Origin: an uncultured Spirochaetota bacterium
GTDB lineage: Bacteria; Spirochaetota; Spirochaetia; SZUA-6; CAVTHK01
Assembly: GCA_963734495.1 (NCBI GenBank)
Contig: CAVTHK010000013.1
Span: 64,001 to 128,000 of the forward strand
Direction: 5' to 3'
Length of the DNA: 64,000 nucleotides
This document shows, piece after piece, positions 22,749-31,980 of the stretch (positions are counted from its first letter, which is position 1; each line of letters opens with the position of its first letter). A program made the position numbers and the translations under genes. The notes under the pieces were generated by a model, which was given only the letters and a program-made list of their open reading frames with translations, did no database searches and was not told the origin of the DNA.

Positions 22749-23589
22749 CGGCCCCGCCGCCCGGAGCGTGCTTCGCCGTGAACCAGTCGATCAGCCGGCG
22801 CGATATGCTCGCCCGGTCCGGAACGCGGGGCATGGCGTCGGCCCTGAACCAGGCCGCCTCCTTGACCTCGGCGCCGTCGATCGCGATCTCACCGGAGGCG
22901 TGCTCCGCCGTGAACGCCAGCATCAGCGAGTGCGGGAACGACCAGCTCTGGCTGCCGAAGTAGCGGATCGCCTCGACCTCGATGCCGGTCTCCTCGCGGA
23001 CCTCGCGCACGACGCACTCCTCCAGCGTCTCGCCGGGCTCCACGAAGCCGGCGATCACGCTGAAGAGGCCCGGCGGGAAGCGGTCGGCATGGGCCATCAA
23101 CAGGCTCGCGCCCCGCGTCACAGCAACGATGATGGCGGGCGACAGCCGAGGGAACACCATGGCGCCGCAGGAGGAGCACAGCTTGGCGCGCTCGTCCTCC
23201 TTGGTCCGGGTCGGCGCGCCGCACCGGCCGCAGAACTGGTGGTCCCGGTCCCAGGTCACGATCTGCTTGGCCATGCCTGCCAGGTTGAACAGCTCGTCTC
23301 CGAGGCCGGCGAACAGGGGGCGCAGGCCCTCGAACCGGGCGCCCGTCACGGCCCCGGCCGAATCCGCCCGCGCCGCGTAGGCCGGCTCGCCCTCGAGCAC
23401 GCCGAGGTAGTGGGCCTCCGCCGCGCGGAGACCGGCCCGATCCAGGTCCGACGTGCGCGGGATCAGCGCCTCGCCGGTCCCGCCGCCCTCGCGCACGAGA
23501 AGGTCTTCGTGCCGGTAGACGAACCACCAGGCTGCGGCCGGGGGCGGGCCCTGCAGCGTCCCGGAGCCTGAGCCTCTGTCGAACTTCAC
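22735..23589 (-). CDS. nudC: NAD(+)/NADH diphosphatase (Nudix, zinc ribbon)
   Basis: FCGRCG, CSSC, FPRLSPAIIV, AGFVEPGETLEECVVREVREETG, SQSWSFPHSLM. Confidence 0.93.
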   Translation of the reverse strand: MKFDRGSGSGTLQGPPPAAAWWFVYRHEDLLVREGGGTGEALIPRTSDLDRAGLRAAEAHYLGVLEGEPAYAARADSAGAVTGARFEGLRPLFAGLGDELFNLAGMAKQIVTWDRDHQFCGRCGAPTRTKEDERAKLCSSCGAMVFPRLSPAIIVAVTRGASLLMAHADRFPPGLFSVIAGFVEPGETLEECVVREVREETGIEVEAIRYFGSQSWSFPHSLMLAFTAEHASGEIAIDGAEVKEAAWFRADAMPRVPDRASISRRLIDWFTAKHAPGGGAGLSP

Positions 23590-23728
23590 GGGAGCCTCAC
23601 CTCGCGAGGGAATTCATGGATGCCGATGCGTCGGAGGATAGCAGGCGGGCGCATCCGTGTACAGGCAAGCCGTGGAAGTTGCTGCGCGGGCGGCGGCTGC
23701 ATTACAATTTCAGGCGAGAGGTGCGGCG

Positions 23729-23938
23729 ATGGACGACCTGGGCGCTCAAATCGGAGAGGCGGCAGGAGCGGTCTGGCGCGCTCTGGAGGGCAGCACCAGC
23801 TGGACGACTGCCACTCAGCTCCGCAATCGCACGTCCCTTTCCAACGACATGCTCCAGAGGGCTCTTGGCTGGCTCGCTCGCGAAGGCAAGATCCAGTTCG
23901 AGGTCTCGGGCAAAGTCGTCAAGGTGATGCTGAGGTAA
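23729..23938 (+). CDS. Small winged-helix protein (DUF2582-like)
   Basis: IGEAAGAVWRAL...ALGWLAREGKI pattern; SD GAGGTG. Confidence 0.85.
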   Translation: MDDLGAQIGEAAGAVWRALEGSTSWTTATQLRNRTSLSNDMLQRALGWLAREGKIQFEVSGKVVKVMLR

Positions 23939-24704
23939 GCAGCGCCTCGAGCTCCCGCAGGCGGGCGATCACCGTGAGCCGGCCGCGCGCGGCGGCGTCG
24001 GCCAGCACCGCCTCGGGGTCGCCGTAGCGCTCGCGCAGCCGCTCGGGGGCATCTCCCGAGACCTGCCCCGGCCTGCGGATCAGCACCGCGCGCATGCCTG
24101 CTGCCGCCGCAGCCTGGTAATCGACGATCGAGTCGCCCACGTACGCCGTCTCCTCGGGACGCAGGTCCGTGCCCGCGAGGGCGAGCCGCATGATCCGCGG
24201 GTCCGGCTTCTCGACCCCGACCTCCGCCGAAACGATCACGCGCTCGAAGAAGCGCTCGAGCCCGCTCTGCTTCAATACCGAACGGACGTGGGGCGGATGA
24301 TCGAAGTTGCTGACGAGGCCCACGCGGCGTCCGGCGGCGGCTGCGAGGACGCCCGCGGCATCGGGATCGAGGCGCAGCATCGCCTGCCAGCCCGCGCACG
24401 TCGCGTCCGCGACCGCCCGCAGGTCCGCGGGCGCGAGCGCGAGGCCCATCTCACGCGCCACGCCCCCGATGCGGCTCTCGAACCGGGTGGTGCCCGGAAT
24501 GTCCGCGAGCGGCTCGCCCCAGATGCCGGCGAGCCGCTCGCCGAAACGCTGCTCCGCCTCGCCGAGCCCGCGGGCGCGGAGCTGCCGGTAGCAGGCGCCG
24601 ACCCACGCGCGCCGCGCGGCCTCGGGATCGGGGGGCAGGAAGAGCGTTCCGTACAGGTCGAAGAAGACGCCTCGCAGCCGCGGCGCGCCACCCCGGGCTC
24701 TCAC
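23919..24704 (-). CDS. HAD-superfamily hydrolase
   Basis: FFDLYGTL, VSNFD, SAEVGVEKPD, YVGDS. Confidence 0.88.
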   Translation of the reverse strand: MRARGGAPRLRGVFFDLYGTLFLPPDPEAARRAWVGACYRQLRARGLGEAEQRFGERLAGIWGEPLADIPGTTRFESRIGGVAREMGLALAPADLRAVADATCAGWQAMLRLDPDAAGVLAAAAGRRVGLVSNFDHPPHVRSVLKQSGLERFFERVIVSAEVGVEKPDPRIMRLALAGTDLRPEETAYVGDSIVDYQAAAAAGMRAVLIRRPGQVSGDAPERLRERYGDPEAVLADAAARGRLTVIARLRELEALLTSASP

Positions 24705-24715
24705 CGGCCGCGGCT

Positions 24716-24979
24716 TCAGGCCCGCACGACGTCGACCGAAGCCCGGACCGCGCCGGCCTGCCCTTCGAGATCGACGACGACGTGCCACTTGCCCTTGAAC
24801 GGAGGCACGAACTTGACGGGGTTGGTGGTCTCGGGGCCGGCCGTGGCCTCGTAGCGCTTGCCCAACTTGTACTTCGCGAAGGCGATCGGGTCGAGGAGGC
24901 GCACGTTCCCCGTTCCGGTGAGGTTGACCTGGATGATGTACCCGGGGCCCGTGTCGACGATGTAGTGAAGGAAGTGCAT
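24716..24979 (-). CDS. DUF1883-like small beta-sandwich protein
   Basis: NVRLLD...KYK.GKRY...GKWHVVVDLEG pattern recognised from memory. Confidence 0.7.
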   Translation of the reverse strand: MHFLHYIVDTGPGYIIQVNLTGTGNVRLLDPIAFAKYKLGKRYEATAGPETTNPVKFVPPFKGKWHVVVDLEGQAGAVRASVDVVRA

Positions 24980-24989
24980 GCGCGGCTCC

Positions 24990-25337
24990 TCAGCCCGGAG
25001 GCCAGGTCATCTGGCGGCCGCCGAGTATGTGCGCGTGCAGGTAGTCGACCGTCTGCTGCCCGTGGCGGCCGCAGTTAAAGACAACCCGGTAGCCCGGCCC
25101 GTCGAGGCCAAGCAGGCGGGCCGCGCGCGCGACGCCCTGCATGAACCTGCCGACCTCTTCGACGTCGAGATCGGCCAGCTCCTTGAAGCTCCCCACCCTG
25201 CGCTTGGGAATGACGAGCACGTGAACGGGCGCCTGCGGGTTGACGTCCCTGAAGGCGAGCACGTGCTCGTCGTCGTGCACCACGTCGGCCGTTGCCTCGC
25301 CGGCGAGGATCCTGTCGAAGATGGTCTTCGCGGCCAA
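24990..25337 (-). CDS. Histidine triad (HIT/HinT) nucleotide-binding protein
   Basis: TIFDRI, AFRDVNPQAPVHVLVIPK, QTVDYLHAHILGGRQMTWPPG. Confidence 0.92.
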   Translation of the reverse strand: MAAKTIFDRILAGEATADVVHDDEHVLAFRDVNPQAPVHVLVIPKRRVGSFKELADLDVEEVGRFMQGVARAARLLGLDGPGYRVVFNCGRHGQQTVDYLHAHILGGRQMTWPPG

Positions 25338-25521
25338 GTGTCTGCTCCCCGCGCGTCCGCTCTCACCTCGCGCTCCAGCGAAAGTATAGCGGTCGGGCAT
25401 CGCTTGTCCATCGCGGCATCGCGGCATGGCGGCATCGCTGCCCGGGCGGAAACGGGAGGCCCGGGCGGGGCCAGCAGGCGCGCGGGTGCGGGCCTGCGCG
25501 CGCGGCCCGCGCGGGGCGCGC

Positions 25522-26539
25522 TCAGTCCGCCAGCGAGCCCGCGCCGGCCGCGCGGAGCACGGCGTCCACGAACTCCAGCGTCGCCGCGCCGTCGGCGGCG
25601 CTCGACACGGGCCTGCGCCCGGGGTCGCGCGCGCACGCAACCGCGTCGGCCATCATCCCGGCGAAGTAGCCCGTGACGCGGGGGCGGCCCCGGCGAACGC
25701 GGGCGAGCGATCGCATCCCCGTGTAGTACGGGCTCGGGCCGCTGCGGTACTCTTCGTAGACGCCGTTGCCGATGCGCAGCCGGCCGCGGGCAAAGCTCAG
25801 GTCCACCTCGAAGACGAGGTGATCGCGCCCCGACCCGATCTCCATGAGGACGGGCACGGCCCCGGCAGCCGCGGTGACGACGAGCGCCTCGGCCGCCGCC
25901 TCGGCCCCCGCGCCGGGCATATGCGCAAGCGCCGCCCCGCGCAGCTCGAGGGCCGCGCCCGCGAGGAACGCGATGATGTCGGCGAGGTGCGTGCCGTCGA
26001 ACAGCAGGATGTCGGCCGCCGGCCGCGTGCGGCCCAGGTAGAGACGCGAGGCGATCGAGAGCAGCGGGCCGTAGCGGCCCTCGGCCACGATCCGCCGGGC
26101 GGCGAGGTAGTCGCGGGAGTAGCGGCGCTCGTGGTTGGTGAGGATGCGCGGCCCGCCTTCGCGGTCGAGGGCGGCGATGGCGCGGGCCTCGTCGAGGCGT
26201 TCCGCCAGCGGCTTCTCGCAGACGATCACCCGCACGCCCGCGCGGGCCGCGGCTTCGACGATCGCGAGGTGAGTGTCGGGAGGCGAGGCGACGTGCAGCA
26301 CATGGGGCTTCGAGCCCGCGAGCAGCGAATCGACGTCGGCGAACACGTGCCTGCAGCGCCATCGCCGGGCAAAGGCCTCGCGCCGCGACGGGTCAGGGTC
26401 GCAGCCGCCGACGAGGATGCAGTCCCTGTTGCCGTGCGATCGCGCCCGCGTGCGTCGCGGGCTTCTCGCGCAGCCGGTCGTCCTCGAGCAGGCTCCCGAT
26501 GCGGCCGAGCCCGGCGACGGCGCAGCGCAGCCGGGTCAC
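25522..26539 (-). CDS. Gfo/Idh/MocA family oxidoreductase; frameshifted near 26370-26435
   Basis: CAVAGLGRIG Rossmann start, VASPPDTH, CEKP, NHERRY, DGTH. Confidence 0.85.
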
Positions 26540-27336
26540 AGGTAGCGCTTGGTCTCCCCGCCGGCGCACTCGGAGACGAGCTCGATGTAGGGCTTGGCCG
26601 GGCTGGGGTCGATCTTCTTCAGCAGGACCTCCTCGATCTGGAACATCCCGATCGAGGCGCTCATTTCCACGTGGATCCGGATCGGCTTCTCCTCGCCCTT
26701 GCCGATGCGCACCTTCTCGATCGCCGTGGCGGAGTGCTTGTGGATGTCGCCCATGCGCGCGTCGGTGGCGAGGAGCATGGGGATGCGCGCGCGTCCCTTC
26801 TCCATGTCGCACCCGTCGGCGATCATCACGAGGCCCGCCTCCAGCGAGTGGACGCGGTGCAGCCCCATGTGCCCGACGATGCCCTCGACGACCATCGACC
26901 GCACGATGACGCGCCTCTCGATATCCTGCGGGTACACCTGGGCCACGATGCGGTCGATGATCGGCATCGCGAGCCAAACGCCCGTGTGCTCGTGATCCTC
27001 GCGGCTCACGGTCATGCCCACGTCGTGGAGAAAAGCGGCGACGAGCACGGCGACCCTGCTGTCCTCGAGGGTGCCGATCTCCTCGCTCTCGAGGTTCAGC
27101 TTGACTCCCCCCTCCGTGAGGAGGTCGATCATCCGCAGCGCGTTGAGCACGACCTGGCGCATGTGCACAGGTCCGTGGTCGTTGTATCCCAGCCGCTTGA
27201 TCGCGACGGTGTTGGCGTAGTCCTGCAGGTGGTGCACTTCGGGGTCGTTGACGAGGATCTGGGCCGCCCGATGGGCGAGCCCGTCGACCTTGCGCAGCAG
27301 CACCGCGTCAAGGTTCAGTTCTTTCGGTGACTTCAA
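26536..27336 (-). CDS. HD-domain phosphohydrolase
   Basis: RLGYNDHGPVH, AFLHDVG, IADGCDMEKGRARIP. Confidence 0.88.
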   Translation of the reverse strand: MKSPKELNLDAVLLRKVDGLAHRAAQILVNDPEVHHLQDYANTVAIKRLGYNDHGPVHMRQVVLNALRMIDLLTEGGVKLNLESEEIGTLEDSRVAVLVAAFLHDVGMTVSREDHEHTGVWLAMPIIDRIVAQVYPQDIERRVIVRSMVVEGIVGHMGLHRVHSLEAGLVMIADGCDMEKGRARIPMLLATDARMGDIHKHSATAIEKVRIGKGEEKPIRIHVEMSASIGMFQIEEVLLKKIDPSPAKPYIELVSECAGGETKRYL

Positions 27337-27450
27337 TACGAATGACTCCTTGCCGTAAGATAAGCCCCTGGTGACCCAAGGGGCAAAAGGTTGAAGGCCG
27401 CCGCGCGGCGCCCGGCCCCTCCCGGGAGCGACGGATGCGGCGGCGGCCCT

Positions 27451-29197
27451 TTAGTGGCCCTCGGCGGAAACGGCGTCCCAGCCGCCGGCCTCGCGGATCG
27501 CGTCGAGCCTGACGAACGTGCCCTCGCGGCAGAGCAGCCTGCCGCCCGCCTCGCAGAGGCCGCAGATCCCCACGCCGCAGAGGCTGGGGGTCTCGAGCGA
27601 GCTGACGATGCGCGCCGGCGGCACGCCCGCGGCCTCCTCCGCCTCTGCCGCCCGCTGCATCAGGGCCGGCGGCCCGATGTTGCAGCAGAAAGCGGCCGCC
27701 GCGTCCCGCTCCGCCGCGAGGCGGGCGGCGAGCGCCGCGACGACGCGGCCGGGCGTGCCGCGGTCGGGTACCACCACGCGCTCGGCCGCGGCGGGCACGA
27801 GCGACGCGAGCGTCGCCTCCTCTTCCCGCGACACGCCGTAGAAGAAGCTCACCCGCGCGCCCGCCTCGAGGAGGCTCTCGACCAGCCGCGGGGCCACGGC
27901 GATCCCGGTCCCGCCCGCGACGACCCAGGCGCGCGCCGCGCTCGCGATGCGGGGAGCGGCGCCGTAGGGGCCGCGCAGGAACACGGTGCCGCCGCGTCCC
28001 ACCTCCCAGAGCGCCTGCGTGAAGGCCCCGCGCCTGCGGAACACGAACGAAAGCGGCTCGCGCAGAGCGATCGAGAACGGCTTCTCACCCACCCCTGGAA
28101 GAAAGACGAAGGCGTACTGGCTCGCCTCGTAATCGAGGCGGCCTTCCAGGACGATCAGCTTGACGTCCGCGCCGACGGCGCGCGATTCCCGGACCGCAAA
28201 GGGCCGGTAGGCCATGACCGGCGCCTGCGACACCACCGCGGAAGCGTCGTCGGTGCCGGCGGCCGCGTCCCGCGCGAGCGCCGCGACAAAGCGCGGCAGC
28301 GCCTCCTGCGGGGCGACGCGCGCAAGGACGCTGCCGACGCCGACGATGTCCGCCCCCGCCTCGGCCAGCCGCCGCACGTGCGCGCCCGCGGAGACGCCGC
28401 CCATGCCGATGATCGGCACGCCGCGGCCGACCGCTGCCCGCGCCTCCGCGACCTTGCGCGCCGCGAGCTCCCGGATTCCCTCGCCCGAGCGGCCGCCGAG
28501 CCCTTCGGGGTGGCCGAGGATCGGGGCGCCGCTCGCCGGCTCCCGGTAGACGTACGGCCCGGCCGTGTTGATCGCGGCGATCCCGTCCGCGCCCCCCTCC
28601 ATCGCGGCCCGCGCGATGCCGCCGATGTCGTCGGTGTTGGGCGTCAGCTTCGCGAGGAACGGGCGCGTGGTAGACGCCCTGACGGCGCGGCAGATCTCCC
28701 GGACCAGGTCTGGGTCGCTGCCGATGGCACTGCCGGAGCGATCGAGCGTGTGCGGGCAGGACAGGTTCAGCTCGAAGAGATCGGCGACGCGGCTCGAGCG
28801 CCGAGGCCAGCGCGCAGAAGTCCTCGGCCGTCCCCGCCGCGAGCGAAACGTTGAGCAGGGCCCGCATCGGGCCGAGAGCCGCCAGCTCGCGCAGCGCGGT
28901 CTCCATCCCCGGGTTGCGGAGGCCCACGGCGTTGCCGAACGTGCCGGCTGGCCCTTCGGGGTCTTCGCAGAGGATCGGCTCGCGGTTGCCGGGGTTCGCG
29001 AAGCGCTGGAAGCTCTTGGTCGTGATGACGGAGACCTCGGGCATCGCGCGATCCACCCACCGGATGAGGCCCGGGCGCGTCGTGAGGATCCCCGACACGG
29101 TGGCGAGCCCGCCGCCTGTGGCGAGCAGCCGCAGGACCTGCGCGCGCGGGCGCAACGGGCGGCTGGGGCGCCTGCCGTCGGCCATGGGTACCTTCAT
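27451..29197 (-). CDS. pyrD: Dihydroorotate dehydrogenase B catalytic subunit fused to PyrK electron-transfer subunit; frameshift near 28790
   Basis: TTKS, NAVGLRNPG, ELNLSCPH, KLTPN, AINT, IIGMGGV; then in one frame EKPFSI, LRGPYG, AGGTGIA and 2Fe-2S motif CGVGICGLC...C. Confidence 0.88.
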
Positions 29198-29198
29198 C

Positions 29199-30263
29199 CT
29201 AGTTCATGAGCGCGCGGCGCACCTTCATCTTGTCCACCTCGTTCAGGCGGACCCCGCAGGCGATCTTGGCCCAGGTGTTAAAGGTGTAGAAGCGAAGGCT
29301 GTCGGCCGCGGTCTTGATCTCCTGGAAGATGTCCGCGCTCCCCGCCGGCATGAAGAAGTCCTCTATGTTATCCGTGCCCAGCCGCACCGCGACGTCTTCG
29401 ATCAGGAACTCGAGCACCCTCGTGATGCTGTTGTGCATGGGCACGTGCACGCGGCGGTCCTGCTTGTTCGAGAGGGTCGCGCCCGGGCACACGACGACGC
29501 CGACGTTGGTCTCCTTGAGGCCGTCGATGAGGCGGTGGAAGCGCTCCTCGTCGTAGGAGGCCACCGAGAGCGCGTGCACCGCCCACACCGTCGGCTCGCG
29601 CTTCTCGGCGTGGCCGGTGCGGTCGGGCCTCAGCCAGCGCACGGCCTCCACCAGCGTCTCCGTGCCGCTTTCGGTCGGCAGGTTGGTCTGGTCGACGTGC
29701 ATGTGCACGTCCTTGCCGAGCGAGTTCCCGAGCTCGAGCACGCGGCGGAAATGCTCCTTGAACCCGATGTGCTCCGCGAGCGCGTCGCGCTCCGGGAGCG
29801 TCCCGATAAAGTCGGCGAGGCGGGCGCCTTCGACAAAGAGCTCCCAGCGGCGCTTCTCGGTGTCCTTGAAGCCGAAGATCGGGTAGGCGCCGACGCGGAA
29901 GTCGATCCGGCTCTTGTACTTTTCCTTGAGCTCCAGCGCCGCCTCCAGCGCGGTGAGGCCCACGACGTCCGCGGTCGTGTCGATGAAGCTGTCGAGCCTG
30001 CGGGTGCCGCAGGCGATGGAGGTCTCCAGGACGCGGCCCATGCGCTCGCGCAGGCTCTCCCCGGTGTACGCCGGGCCCTCGTGCAGGACGCCGGTCGTGT
30101 GCTGCTTGACCGGCAGCGGGTACGTGGCGATCTCCCAGGGGTCCATGTCCGCGTAGTCGACATAGGCGGGCTCCATCACGTGCGCGCGGTCGATGTGCGC
30201 GTGCGCGTTGAACCAGCCTCCGTAGGACGCCGCGGCCTTGCGGACCTCTTCTTCGAAGTTCAT
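29199..30263 (-). CDS. Cytosine-deaminase-like amidohydrolase
   Basis: NAHAHIDR, HMHVDQ, AVHALS, LGTDNIED metal ligands; ATGA overlap with the pyrFE stop. Confidence 0.85.
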   Translation of the reverse strand: MNFEEEVRKAAASYGGWFNAHAHIDRAHVMEPAYVDYADMDPWEIATYPLPVKQHTTGVLHEGPAYTGESLRERMGRVLETSIACGTRRLDSFIDTTADVVGLTALEAALELKEKYKSRIDFRVGAYPIFGFKDTEKRRWELFVEGARLADFIGTLPERDALAEHIGFKEHFRRVLELGNSLGKDVHMHVDQTNLPTESGTETLVEAVRWLRPDRTGHAEKREPTVWAVHALSVASYDEERFHRLIDGLKETNVGVVVCPGATLSNKQDRRVHVPMHNSITRVLEFLIEDVAVRLGTDNIEDFFMPAGSADIFQEIKTAADSLRFYTFNTWAKIACGVRLNEVDKMKVRRALMN

Positions 30264-31642
30264 GAAGCCTCCTCCTCTCGTCTGCCCGCGATCGCGAGCA
30301 GCTCCCGCAGCGTGGCGTACGCGTGCACCGTGATCCCGCGCCTGGCGAGCTCCTCTCGGCCGCCTGCCTCGCGGTCGACGAGGACCACGAGGTCGCGCAC
30401 CTTGAGCCCGGCCGCCTCGAGAACCGCGATCGCCTCGAGCTTGCTGGCGGCCGAGGTGATGACGTCGTCGACGAGGAGCACTCTCTCGCCCGGCTCGAAG
30501 GCCCCCTCGATGCGGCTGCCGGTGCCGTGGTCCTTGGCGTCGAGCCTGGGGTAGAGCATCGGCCGGCCGACCCGCAGCGACAGCGCCGTGCCGATCGGCA
30601 GCGCCGCGAGCGGGATCGCCGCGATGCGGTCGTAGGCGATGCCTTCGGCGAGCCCGGCGTAGGCGGCGGCCACCGCCGCGAGCAGGCGCGGGGCCGACAC
30701 GAGCCGCCGCAGGTCGAGGTAGACCGGCGAGATCTCGCCGGACTTGAGGCGGAACTGTCCGAAGCGAAGGCAGCCTTCGGCGACGATCCGCTCGAAGAGC
30801 TTTCGCTTCGCCGCGTCCGCGGCGTCGGGTGCCGCCTCGCGCGGCGCGCGGCGCGCGCCGTCGCGGGCGGCGTTGATCGCGTCCCGCAGCTCGCGCGCCC
30901 TGGCCGCCGGATCCGCCGCATCCGCGATGGCGCGCGAGGCGTTGATCAGCAGGCCGAGCCCGTCCTGCCGCAGCCCCGCCCCCACCGCCGCCTCCAGTGA
31001 CCCGCCCTGCGCGCCGACTCCGGGGCAGAGGATCCAGGCCGCCGGCGCCGCCTCGCGCACGCGCCGCAGGGCTTGCGGGTCCGTGGCGCCGGCTACGAGC
31101 CCGACACCTGGCCCCCAAGCCGCCGCCCTGCGGGCGAGCTCCACGTAGAGCGGCGTCGGGCCGCCTGCGCCGTCGACCTCGAGCGCCTGAACCTCGTCGG
31201 AGCCGGCGTTGGAGGTCCGGCAGAGCACGAAGAGCCCGCGGCCCGGATATTTGAAGAAGGGTTCCAGCGCCTCGCGGCCCAGGTAGGGGCTGACGGTGAT
31301 CGCACCCACGCCCAGCCGTTCAAAGGCGGCCGCCGCGTAGGCCGCGGCCGTGTCGCCGATGTCGCCCCGCTTGGCGTCGAGGATCACCGGCGTGTCGTCC
31401 GGGATCAGCCGCAGCGTCTGCTCCAGCGCCTCCCAGCCGGCCGCGCCCAGCGCCTCGTAGAACGCGATGTTGGGCTTGAAGCAGGCCGCGTACGGGCGCG
31501 TCGCCTCGATGAGCCGCCTGTTGGCCTCCACCATCCCGCGGGCGGCGTCCGCGCCGCCGCCCGGCCGCGGGTCGAGCCCGACGCAGAGCAGGCTCGCGCG
31601 CGCGGCGCAGGAGGCCTCGAGCGCCTTGAAAAAGTCCATCAT
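30260..31642 (-). CDS. pyrF: Bifunctional OMP decarboxylase / orotate phosphoribosyltransferase (PyrF-PyrE order)
   Basis: LCVGLDP, KPNIAFY, DAKRGDIG, PGVGAQGG, NASR; then FRLKSG..SPVYLDLR and LVDDVITS in the same frame. Confidence 0.93.
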   Translation of the reverse strand: MMDFFKALEASCAARASLLCVGLDPRPGGGADAARGMVEANRRLIEATRPYAACFKPNIAFYEALGAAGWEALEQTLRLIPDDTPVILDAKRGDIGDTAAAYAAAAFERLGVGAITVSPYLGREALEPFFKYPGRGLFVLCRTSNAGSDEVQALEVDGAGGPTPLYVELARRAAAWGPGVGLVAGATDPQALRRVREAAPAAWILCPGVGAQGGSLEAAVGAGLRQDGLGLLINASRAIADAADPAARARELRDAINAARDGARRAPREAAPDAADAAKRKLFERIVAEGCLRFGQFRLKSGEISPVYLDLRRLVSAPRLLAAVAAAYAGLAEGIAYDRIAAIPLAALPIGTALSLRVGRPMLYPRLDAKDHGTGSRIEGAFEPGERVLLVDDVITSAASKLEAIAVLEAAGLKVRDLVVLVDREAGGREELARRGITVHAYATLRELLAIAGRREEEAS

Positions 31643-31680
31643 CCCCTCCCTCAGCGCGGCTGGACGCGACGGCCGCGGGC

Positions 31681-31708
31681 AAAAAAAAGGAGAGCCCCGA
31701 GGCTCTCC
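31681..31708 (-). terminator. Intrinsic terminator/attenuator 2 in pyr leader
   Basis: GGAGAGCC-TCGG-GGCTCTCC followed by T8 on minus strand. Confidence 0.85.
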
Positions 31709-31730
31709 CGTTCCGGCGGACTTCCGCGCG

Positions 31731-31760
31731 AAAAAAAGACTCCGGCGCTCCCGGAGTCTT
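31731..31760 (-). terminator. Intrinsic terminator/attenuator 1 in pyr leader
   Basis: GACTCCGG-GAGCG-CCGGAGTC followed by T7 on minus strand. Confidence 0.85.
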
Positions 31761-31805
31761 GTGCTTACCCATCCTGGGCTCTTACCGCATCCCATGTTCG
31801 TCGGC

Positions 31806-31834
31806 AGTCTGCCAGAGCCCGCTCCGGATGTCAA
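31806..31834 (-). promoter_or_regulatory. Sigma70-type promoter of pyr operon
   Basis: TTGACA-17 nt (ending TGG)-CAGACT. Confidence 0.65.
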
Positions 31835-31980
31835 GGGGAGGTTCGCCCCTGTGTGCCCCGCCGCTCGCCCCGCCGCCGCGGCCCGGCGGGGGTGTCGGGT
31901 TTTGCCGCACGGACGGGGCCTGCCCCGGCTGCCGGGGGGCGCGGTTGCGTCCCGCAGGAGCCGAGCGCTACATTGCGGCC

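Noticed and set aside
25398-25440. Short CATCGCGG-like 8-bp repeats upstream of the HIT gene
   Set aside because: Too short and degenerate to distinguish from GC-rich background
31700-31800. PyrR-binding loop in the pyr leader
   Set aside because: Only AAGUCC is present; the NGNGAGGYU half of the consensus is missing
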